DNA of 64,000 bases from Anaerolineae bacterium (lineage in GTDB: Bacteria > Chloroflexota > Anaerolineae > Aggregatilineales > Phototrophicaceae), in NCBI GenBank assembly GCA_022824465.1, contig JAJDZV010000002.1, forward strand, positions 20,192 through 84,191, written 5' to 3'. The notes beneath the pieces are model-generated. The model was not told the DNA's origin, searched no databases, and saw nothing but the letters and a program-made list of their open reading frames with translations. Numbering within the stretch: the first letter of the stretch is position 1; each line of letters begins with the position of its first letter. Below, in pieces: positions 54,773 to 62,361 of the stretch. A program made the position numbers and the translations under genes.

Positions 54773-54961
54773 GTCGTTCTGCTCCTTTGCGCTATAGATG
54801 TAAGAATTTAATTGTGTTTACAAAGGCCGGCATGTCGTTATAATAGTGCGGCGCTGCGAACAGCAAAAAGGAAAGTGTAGTCGCCAGTAGAGGCCGCTGC
54901 AAGCGCCTTGGCGGAAACGCGCGCAAAATCTCGTTAAGCTGAACTCTTGGGAGAATCAACC

Positions 54962-56251
54962 ATGAAACGAAGTAAAGTTTTGCTCATACTTTTGTCCATT
55001 GCCGTCCTGGTGTTGCCGACGCTCGCCGTGGCCGCGCAGGATCAGACCGAGGTTCGCATTTCCTGGTGGGGCTCGCAGAACCGTCACGACCGCACCATCG
55101 CGGCGATTGAACTCTACGAAGAACTCAACCCCGATATCGACATCGTCTACGAATTCCAGGGTTGGGGCGATCATTGGACCAAGCTGTCGACGCAGGCGGC
55201 CGGCGGCGAACTGCCGGACATCATGCAGCACGATTACGCCCGCATTGAAGAGTGGGTGGCCAATGGCTTGTTGCTGCCGCTCGATGGCTATATCGAAAGC
55301 GGCGCCATCGACGCCATGAGTATCGCCGATGCTTCCTTGGCGGGTGGCATGGTGGACGGGCAGCTCTACGGCATCAACCTGGGCAACAACTCCGAGGTGT
55401 TCACCCTGGATACCGATGCCTTTGCCGCCGCTGGACTTGAACTGCCGCCGCTGGACTGGACCTGGACGCAATTCGAAGACATCGCAACCCAGATTCAAGA
55501 ATCGCTGGGCATTCACGGCATCGGCGTTCTGACCAGCGATCAGCTTTGGAAATCCCAGTATATGGGCTGCTGCGACCAATGGGCTTACGCCGCCGATGGC
55601 ATGTCCCTCGGCTACGAAGACGATCAGCCGCTGATCGACTATTACAATATGCTGCTGCGTCTGCAAGATAATGGCGGCATGCAGAGCTACGAAGATTCGG
55701 TCGCGCGCGGCGATCAAGGCGTGGAAGCGCAACTGATCGTCAGCCAGGAAGCGGCGATGGCTTATCACTGGAGCAACCAGATCGTGGCGGTCTGGAACGC
55801 GGCCGGCGCCGAGCGCAACTTCGTGATGTATCCGGTCCCGCGGCCCGAAGGCGGTCAATCGCAGAATTATATCAAGCCGTCGATGTTCTTCTCGGTCACT
55901 TCCCAAGCGGACCAGCCGGACGAGGCGGCAGCTTTCATCAACTGGTTCGTCAATTCCGTCGAAGCCAACGAAATCCTGGAAGCCGAGCGCGGCGTGCCGA
56001 TTTCCTCGGTCGTGCGCGATGCCTTGCTGCCCAATCTCGGCGCGGCGCAAGCTGAGATGTTCAACTATCTTGGCATCATCGAGATGGACAACAGCCCAAT
56101 CCGCCCGGCTGACCCGGCGGCGCACTCGGATGTGATCAGCAATGTCTTTGGACCAGAGTTCGTTGAGCCGGTCATGTATGGCATGATCAGCCCGGAAGAC
56201 GCGGCGCCCTTCCTGCGCGAAGAAGCCAACCGCATTCTGGGAGCGCAGTAG
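54962..56251 (+). CDS. ABC transporter substrate-binding protein (CUT1 sugar type)
   Basis: GGGAGAA SD sits 6 nt before the ATG at 54962. Signal peptide MKRSKVLLILLSIAVLVLPTLAVAAQ. Confidence 0.85.
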   Translation: MKRSKVLLILLSIAVLVLPTLAVAAQDQTEVRISWWGSQNRHDRTIAAIELYEELNPDIDIVYEFQGWGDHWTKLSTQAAGGELPDIMQHDYARIEEWVANGLLLPLDGYIESGAIDAMSIADASLAGGMVDGQLYGINLGNNSEVFTLDTDAFAAAGLELPPLDWTWTQFEDIATQIQESLGIHGIGVLTSDQLWKSQYMGCCDQWAYAADGMSLGYEDDQPLIDYYNMLLRLQDNGGMQSYEDSVARGDQGVEAQLIVSQEAAMAYHWSNQIVAVWNAAGAERNFVMYPVPRPEGGQSQNYIKPSMFFSVTSQADQPDEAAAFINWFVNSVEANEILEAERGVPISSVVRDALLPNLGAAQAEMFNYLGIIEMDNSPIRPADPAAHSDVISNVFGPEFVEPVMYGMISPEDAAPFLREEANRILGAQ

Positions 56252-56276
56252 GCAAGCAACAACTGACTGTGACAGG

Positions 56277-56305
56277 TGGGCGGGCCATGGCTCGCCCCCA
56301 ACAGA
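56277..56305 (+). repeat. REP-core hairpin
   Basis: GTGGGCGGGCCATGGCTCGCCCCCAACAG, 26 nt after the SBP stop codon and before the permease genes. Confidence 0.7.
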
Positions 56306-56383
56306 ATACTGATTTGTGGGCGAGCAGGGCCGCGTCCAAGGGTATCCGTTGCGATAGAGCCAAACGAGTGAAGCGAAAAGCGG

Positions 56384-57316
56384 ATGGCAGCCGCCACGCT
56401 AAGTAAAGCCAAGCGCCGCAAGCAATCCAACTTCGGACAGGACAACCTCGTCGGCTACCTATTCATCGGTCCCTGGCTGGCGGCCTTCCTGCTTTTCACC
56501 TTTATACCGATCAGCGTCTCTCTGCTGCTGTCCTTCACCGATTACAACGTGCTGGCGAACGCCGGCGAGTTCATCGGCTTGGACAACTTCCAGCGCATGT
56601 TCTTTGAGGACCGGCGATATTGGCGCTCGGTCAACGCCACGCTGAAATACGTCGTGTTTTCCGTGCCGCTGCGGCTGCTCTTCGCCCTGGCGGTCGCCAT
56701 GCTGCTGAACACCTATCGCCGCGGCGTTGGCGTCTATCGCGCGGCTTTCTACGCGCCTTCGATCATCGGCGGCAGCATCGCGGTGGCGGTCATGTGGCGC
56801 GAGATTTTCGGCAACGACGGCTTGGTCAATTTCACGCTGAATGTTCTTGGCATCCAGGGTCCCAACTGGCTGGGCAGACCGGAAACCGCCATCTGGACGC
56901 TGATCATCCTGGCTGCCTGGCAATTCGGCTCGCCGATGCTGATCTTCCTGGCGGGATTAAAGAATATTCCAAAACATCTGTATGAATCGGCGGAGATCGA
57001 TGGCGCCAACGCCTGGCAGCGATTCCTGCGCATCACCTTGCCTATGCTGACGCCGATCATCTTCTTCAATCTCATCATGCAGCTCATATCCGGCTTCATG
57101 GTCTTCACCCAGGCTTTCATCGTTACCCAGGGCCGGCCCCTGGATACCACGCTATTCTATGCGCTGTATGTCTATCGCCGCGCCTTCGAGCAGAACGAGA
57201 TGGGATACGCCTCGGCTATGGCTTGGGTCATGCTCATGGTCATCGCCCTTTTGACGGCGCTGGTCTTTCGCTCGTCAAGCTACTGGGTGCATTACGAAGC
57301 GGGCGAGGGGGCTTAG
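56384..57316 (+). CDS. Sugar ABC transporter permease (MalF/UgpA-like)
   Basis: EAA loop ESAEIDGANAWQRFLRITLPMLTP. Confidence 0.85.
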   Translation: MAAATLSKAKRRKQSNFGQDNLVGYLFIGPWLAAFLLFTFIPISVSLLLSFTDYNVLANAGEFIGLDNFQRMFFEDRRYWRSVNATLKYVVFSVPLRLLFALAVAMLLNTYRRGVGVYRAAFYAPSIIGGSIAVAVMWREIFGNDGLVNFTLNVLGIQGPNWLGRPETAIWTLIILAAWQFGSPMLIFLAGLKNIPKHLYESAEIDGANAWQRFLRITLPMLTPIIFFNLIMQLISGFMVFTQAFIVTQGRPLDTTLFYALYVYRRAFEQNEMGYASAMAWVMLMVIALLTALVFRSSSYWVHYEAGEGA

Positions 57317-57319
57317 TCG

Positions 57320-58231
57320 ATGGCTCGCATTGAAGCCAAAGCGCCAGCCGGGCTCAGCGCGCCGCGGGTTATCCGCCCGGCTGTGCCTTGGTATCAGCAT
57401 CAGCTGGCGCGCTCGGTATTCTATCACGCGGTGGTGGGCGTGACTTGTTTCTTCATGCTCTATCCGATTCTGTGGCTGGTCGGCAGTTCCTTCAAGCCGC
57501 CCGACGAAATCTGGACCAATCAGACCGCGATCATCCCGAAGGACTTTTATCCGCAGAATTATCCCAATGGCTGGGCTGGTTTCGGCGGCATTAGCTTCGC
57601 GACCTTCTATCGCAATTCGCTTTTCTACGCCACCTTCGGCACCATCCTCAGCGTCAGCGCTTCGGCTGTGGTGGCTTACGGTTTCGCCCGCCTGCGCTTC
57701 CGGGGCCGGCGGATCTGGTTCGCTATCATGCTGGTTACGCTCATGCTGCCCACGCAAGTGCAGATCATCCCACAGTATATCGTCTTCAAGCAGTTGGGCT
57801 GGCTGAATACCTTTTATCCGCTGCTTCTGCCGCGGATAGGCGGCTCGGCATTTTTCATCTTCATGATCATCCAATTCATCCGCAGCATCCCGGTCGATCT
57901 GGACGAAGCCGCCATGATCGATGGCGCTAACAAATTTGGCATCTTCCTGCGCGTCATCCTGCCCCAGCTCACCCCGGCTATCATCACGGCCGCCATCTTT
58001 TCCTTCTACTGGACCTGGGATGAATTTCTGGTCCCGCTGATTTATCTGAACAGCCCGGAACTCTATCTGGTCTCGCTGGCGCTGCGCACTTTTTCCGATC
58101 CCTCGGGCCAGACCGATTGGGGCGCTATCTTCGCCATGTCGGCTTTATCCCTGTTGCCGGTCTTTGTCATCTTCATTTCCTTCCAACGCTACCTGGTCGA
58201 AGGCATCTCCACGACTGGTTTGAAGGGCTGA
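57320..58231 (+). CDS. Carbohydrate ABC transporter permease (MalG/UgpE-like)
   Basis: EAA loop EAAMIDGANKFGIFLRVILPQLTP, C-terminal GLKG. Confidence 0.85.
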   Translation: MARIEAKAPAGLSAPRVIRPAVPWYQHQLARSVFYHAVVGVTCFFMLYPILWLVGSSFKPPDEIWTNQTAIIPKDFYPQNYPNGWAGFGGISFATFYRNSLFYATFGTILSVSASAVVAYGFARLRFRGRRIWFAIMLVTLMLPTQVQIIPQYIVFKQLGWLNTFYPLLLPRIGGSAFFIFMIIQFIRSIPVDLDEAAMIDGANKFGIFLRVILPQLTPAIITAAIFSFYWTWDEFLVPLIYLNSPELYLVSLALRTFSDPSGQTDWGAIFAMSALSLLPVFVIFISFQRYLVEGISTTGLKG

Positions 58232-58285
58232 CGCGGCGGCGGAGCCAGGTCGTCGCGGTTGCGACAGCTTGCAAACCACGATTCG

Positions 58286-58314
58286 GCGGGCGAGCCAGTG
58301 GCTCGCCCCTACAA
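58286..58314 (+). repeat. REP-core hairpin (perfect 9-bp stem)
   Basis: GCGGGCGAGCCAGTGGCTCGCCCCTACAA. Confidence 0.75.
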
Positions 58315-58782
58315 GGCTTGTCCGGTACGGGGTGCTGGATGCGCTTTTTTCTACCCCATCGCCCGGCCGCGTCTCTGTGACATCCTGAGGACCGGACGGG
58401 TATGTCCGACAGTCATTGTAGGCGGCAGCAATGGCAGTTTGCGGACGATTCCCAGTTTCGCCCCTACAGAATCCGACAGATTTTGGCGTACGAAGATTGG
58501 CGAGTTGTGTCAGATTACGGCGGCATGATTTCGCCGCGGCATCCATAGTCGCAAGGCCTCATGTCCTGTGCCGAAACATCGGAGAATGGGAGCTACGTTT
58601 GGCGGATTCCGAAATACTTTGTTGACACTCATAAAGATCGTCGCCGATTAGTGTGTCGTTTCGCTACTGTGCCAATTATCTTTGCGTTTGACTTGCAGTA
58701 GCGACAAGCCCTGGATTTTCCTTAATGCTGCGGCTTTCGGATACAATGCATTGACTATTGCGCGGATGAAGCAGGGGTGGCA

Positions 58783-59427
58783 ATGGGCAATTGGCAGGAG
58801 AGCGGATTCTATGCCGGAGCCGAGCGCATTGGCGCCTTCCTCAGCGCCAACTTGGTTACAGTTTTTCTGTTCATGACCGTCATCGGCGCGCCATTTGGAT
58901 TGCTGGGTCTTTTCGCCGTGATGAACCAATGGGCGCAGGGGCGGCAGCCGGAATTCTTCCGCGTCTACTTCGGCGCTATCCGGCGGCATTGGCGCTCGGC
59001 GCTGGCACTGGGCTTGATAAACCTGGCCGGCATCGGGCTTATTCTCTTAAACCTCAGCATCTTCCCGATTATGCAGTTGCGGAGCCTGGCGACGATCCTG
59101 TCGCTGACGCTGACGCTCTGCCTGGGGGCGGTCTTCCTGATGGCGAATTTCTATGCCTGGTCAATCCTATCGCTGCTGGATTTGCCTCTGCGCGGCACGA
59201 TCAAGCTCAGCTTGCTGCTCACACTCAGCCATCCGCTGCGCAGCCTGTTCATCACCGTGGCGGCGCTTCTGCCGCTGCTGGCGAGCCTGGCGCTGCCTGT
59301 CGCCTTCCTGCTTCTCGTGTCGCTTTCGGTCTCCGCCTATATCGGGGCGCGCGGTGTTTGCGGGGCGCTGCGCGTCCATTCCTCGCGCGAGGAGTTGGAC
59401 GAATTATTGGCGGATCCGCTTGATTGA
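58783..59427 (+). CDS. DUF624 (YesL-like) integral membrane protein
   Basis: The N-terminus (F.A.ERIGAFLSANLVTVFLF..VIGAPFGLLGLFAVM..W) followed by several TM helices fits the YesL/DUF624 pattern. An AGGGG SD precedes the ATG at 58783. Confidence 0.65.
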   Translation: MGNWQESGFYAGAERIGAFLSANLVTVFLFMTVIGAPFGLLGLFAVMNQWAQGRQPEFFRVYFGAIRRHWRSALALGLINLAGIGLILLNLSIFPIMQLRSLATILSLTLTLCLGAVFLMANFYAWSILSLLDLPLRGTIKLSLLLTLSHPLRSLFITVAALLPLLASLALPVAFLLLVSLSVSAYIGARGVCGALRVHSSREELDELLADPLD

Positions 59428-59479
59428 TACAATGCTGAAGCCTGTCGACAGCCGCGGCTGCTTGTGTTAGATTTGCCGC

Positions 59480-61726
59480 ATGACACAAACGCAGCGTTCC
59501 AAACGCTTTGAGTTGCTCGCCAAGCGCGACATCAACAAAGAGACTTATGTCGAGCCTTGGCCCGAAGCCGGCTTGATCGTCGCCGACAGCCCTTACGATC
59601 CGCAGCCGAGCCTCAGCATCACTGCGGGGACGGTCGTCGAAATGGATGGCGTCGCCCAGGCGGACTTTGACGCCCTCGACCGTTTCATCGTCTCTCACGC
59701 GCTTGATCTCGCCGTCGCCGACGAGGCAATGGCAATTCCATCACAAGAATACGCGCGCATGTTGGCCGACATCAATGTGCCGCGAGAAGCTATCGCCCGC
59801 CTGATCGCCGGCTGCACGCCAGCCAAACTGACCGACATCATGCGGCATCTCAATGTGCTGGAAATGATGATGGGCTTGACGAAGATGCGCATTCGCCGTC
59901 AGCCAGCCAATCAAGCGCATGTGACCAACTGGCGCGAGCATCCAGCCCTGCTGGCGGCTGACGCGGCTGAGGCGGCATTGCGCGGTTTCGCCGAGGTCGA
60001 GACGACCGTGCGAGTGGCGCGATTCGCCCCCTTGAATGCGCTAGCCATCCTGGTTGGCGCGCAGACGGGAAGAGGCGGCGTACTGACGCAGTGCTCGGTC
60101 GAAGAGGCGCTGGGCTTGCGCCTGGCGATGAAAGGACTGACGAGCTACGCCGAGACACTCTCGGTTTACGGCACGGAGAGAACTTTTGTCGATGGCGATG
60201 ATACGCCCTGGTCAAAGGCTTTTCTGGCTTCAGCCTACGCCTCGCGCGGCGTGAAAATCCGCTTCACCTCCGGCACAGGCTCGGAAGCGCTTATGGGACG
60301 CGCTGAGAAGAAATCGATGCTCTATCTGGAAGCGCGCTGCCTGCTGGTGGTCAAAGGCGCGGGCAGCCAAGGCGTGCAGAATGGCTCGATTTCTTGCATC
60401 GCTCTGCCGGAAGCCTTGCCCGGCGGCGTGCGGGCCGTGCTGGCGGAGAACTTGCTGGCGGCGATGCTCGGCTTGGAAGTGGCGGCCGGCAACGATGCGC
60501 TTGCTTCGCATTCGAGCATCCGCAAGACAGCGAAGCTCATGCTGCAATTCATCCCCGGCGCCGACTTCATCTTCAGCGGCTACAGCGCCATACCCAAGCG
60601 CGACAACCTCTTCGGCGGCGGCAACTTCGATGCCGAAGACTTTGACGATTACAACACCTTGCAGCGCGATATGCAGATTGACGGCGGCGTGCAGCCCATC
60701 AGCGAGGACGAGGCGCTGAACATCCGCCAAATGGCTGCGCGCGCCATTCAAGCGGTCTATCGCGAACTGGACCTGCCGCCGATCACGGACGAGGAGGTGG
60801 AGGCGGCGACGGTCGCCCATAGCAGCGACGATATGCCGGAGCGGGATATCGTGCCCGATCTGGAAGCGGCTGACGCCTTTATGGCGAGCGACCGGGACTT
60901 CGTCGCCGTGATTCAAGCCTTGCAAGTTAGCGGTTTCGCCGATGTCGCCGATAATATCCTCGAGATGGGTCGGCAGCGCATCGCCGCGGATTATTTGCAG
61001 CCCTCGGCGATATTCGATGCCGACTTCAAAGTGCGGAGCGCCATCAACGACGCGAACGATTATACTGGACCCGGCAGTGGGTACCGCCCGGCCGGGCAGC
61101 GCTGGGCGGCCATGCAAGGCATCCCGCAAGCCAAGTCGCCGGAAGGCTTCGTCCAGCCACATAGCGGCGCGCCGCTTTCGCGCTTGGTCGAGATTGGTCC
61201 CGCGAGCAAAGGCCTTCAGAAGGAGGTCCTGCTCGCCGTCGGTCCAGCCTTTGGGCGCGGGCTGACGACGACTATCGGCGGCTTGGCGCATGAAGACGTG
61301 TTAAAAGCTATTCTGTCCGGCATCGCAGGCGAGGGCATGATCGCGCGGATCCTGCGTGTCTATCATTCTTCCGATTGCGCCGCTATCGGCTACGTCGGCG
61401 CGCGCTTGAGCGGCAGCGGCATCGGCATCGGCTTGCAATCGCGGGGCACCGCCGTCATCCATCAGAAAGACCTGGCGCCGCTGAATAATCTCGAACTCTT
61501 TCCCCAATCGCCCAGCCTGACGCTTGCGACCTACGAAGCCATCGGCCGCAACGCCGCTCGTTATGCGCTTGGCTTGGCGACTGTGCCGGTGGCGGTCAAG
61601 ATCGACAATGGCGCGCGCCTGCGCTTGATCGTCAAGACAGCGCTGCTGCACCGCCGCGAGACCGACGAAGTCGATCCTGACAAGCGGCCGCAAGCATTGC
61701 GCTTCGATTGGGAGCCGGATCTATGA
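59480..61726 (+). CDS. pduCD: Adenosylcobalamin-dependent diol/glycerol dehydratase, large (alpha) and medium (beta) subunits fused
   Basis: aa 1-~555 are collinear with PduC/PddA/DhaB1 (RSKRFELLAKR, NQAHVTN, ETTVRVARFAPLNA, TQCSVEEA, YAETLSVYGTE, DDTPWSKAFLASAYASRG, GVQNGSISC, AGND, FSGYSAIPKRDNLFGG, EDFDDYN, PPITDEEVEAAT). aa ~581-748 are collinear with the PduD/PddB core (AVGPAFG, LSGSGIGIGLQSRGTAVIHQKDLAPLNNLELFPQSP, TYEAIGRNAARYA). Confidence 0.9.
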   Translation: MTQTQRSKRFELLAKRDINKETYVEPWPEAGLIVADSPYDPQPSLSITAGTVVEMDGVAQADFDALDRFIVSHALDLAVADEAMAIPSQEYARMLADINVPREAIARLIAGCTPAKLTDIMRHLNVLEMMMGLTKMRIRRQPANQAHVTNWREHPALLAADAAEAALRGFAEVETTVRVARFAPLNALAILVGAQTGRGGVLTQCSVEEALGLRLAMKGLTSYAETLSVYGTERTFVDGDDTPWSKAFLASAYASRGVKIRFTSGTGSEALMGRAEKKSMLYLEARCLLVVKGAGSQGVQNGSISCIALPEALPGGVRAVLAENLLAAMLGLEVAAGNDALASHSSIRKTAKLMLQFIPGADFIFSGYSAIPKRDNLFGGGNFDAEDFDDYNTLQRDMQIDGGVQPISEDEALNIRQMAARAIQAVYRELDLPPITDEEVEAATVAHSSDDMPERDIVPDLEAADAFMASDRDFVAVIQALQVSGFADVADNILEMGRQRIAADYLQPSAIFDADFKVRSAINDANDYTGPGSGYRPAGQRWAAMQGIPQAKSPEGFVQPHSGAPLSRLVEIGPASKGLQKEVLLAVGPAFGRGLTTTIGGLAHEDVLKAILSGIAGEGMIARILRVYHSSDCAAIGYVGARLSGSGIGIGLQSRGTAVIHQKDLAPLNNLELFPQSPSLTLATYEAIGRNAARYALGLATVPVAVKIDNGARLRLIVKTALLHRRETDEVDPDKRPQALRFDWEPDL

Positions 61727-62121
61727 GCGACTACCCACTGCGGGAAAAGGCGGCCGATGCCTTGCTGACGCACAGTGGACGGCCGCTCTGCGAAGTCAGC
61801 GGAGAAGCGTTGGCGGCCGGCAAGTTGCGCGGCGCTGACCTGCGCGTCCACGCCGATACCCTGCGGCAACAGGCTGGCATCGCGAGCGATGGAGGCTACC
61901 CACAGTTGGCGGCCAATCTGCTGCGCGCGGCGGAACTGACCAATGTGCCCAACGAAGAGATGCTCAAGATCTACGAGTCGCTGCGGCCCGAGCGCGCCTC
62001 GTACGACGAATTGCAGCGCCTGGCGGATTATCTCGAGCGGAACTATAGCGCAAAAGAGAACGCCGCTTTCATCCGCGAAGCCGCCGCCGTCTACCGCGAG
62101 CGCAATCTCTTGCGGCGATGA
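61723..62121 (+). CDS. pduE: Diol/glycerol dehydratase small (gamma) subunit
   Basis: MSDYPL...GADLRVHADTLRQQAGIA...QLAANLLRAAELTNVPNEEMLKIYESLRPERASYDEL..LADYLE..Y.A...AAFIREAAAVY is collinear with PduE/PddC. ATGA overlap with the fused gene. Confidence 0.85.
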   Translation: MSDYPLREKAADALLTHSGRPLCEVSGEALAAGKLRGADLRVHADTLRQQAGIASDGGYPQLAANLLRAAELTNVPNEEMLKIYESLRPERASYDELQRLADYLERNYSAKENAAFIREAAAVYRERNLLRR

Positions 62122-62236
62122 AAAGCGTCCAAGCGTTGAGCACACTGAGTGAAACGAGAAATGACACAATTGGTCTCTGCGCGCTCTGTAGTTCCAAGCA
62201 AGACATGCGAAACTTGATTGGAAGTCTCTCGCGATG

Positions 62237-62337
62237 GCGGTCGAGCCAATGGCTCGCCCCTACAACGCTTCGATGATTCTGGACATTGCGAAAGAACGGC
62301 AGTTTTCCTCAATAGTCACTTGGAATTACTCTTGTGT
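62237..62337 (+). repeat. Repeat family A copy
   Basis: GTCGAGCCAATGGCTCGCCCCTACAACGCTTCGATGATTCTGGACATTGCGAAAGAACGGCAGTTTTCCTCA. Lies between pduE and the enolase-superfamily gene. Confidence 0.75.
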
Positions 62338-62361
62338 CACGGTGGTGAAAAACGTAAATCA

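Noticed and set aside
52959-56125. Long antisense ORFs 52959-53909 (-), 53795-54811 (+) and 54956-56125 (-)
   Set aside because: Each is antisense to a gene with clear family motifs (MetE-like, Gfo/Idh/MocA, SBP with signal peptide). All have shadow-ORF composition.
60230-61291. 353-aa ORF antisense to the fused diol dehydratase gene, plus other antisense ORFs there
   Set aside because: The plus-strand frame is collinear with PduC/PduD over its whole length. The antisense product is Arg/Ala-rich with no motif.
62218-62361. N-terminal extensions of track ORFs (for example 62218-62361, 50725-50892, 12474-12623, 43000-43108, 29388-29462)
   Set aside because: The extensions run through REP elements, overlap upstream genes or lack an SD. 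Internal ATGs have good SD sequences and give family-typical N-termini.
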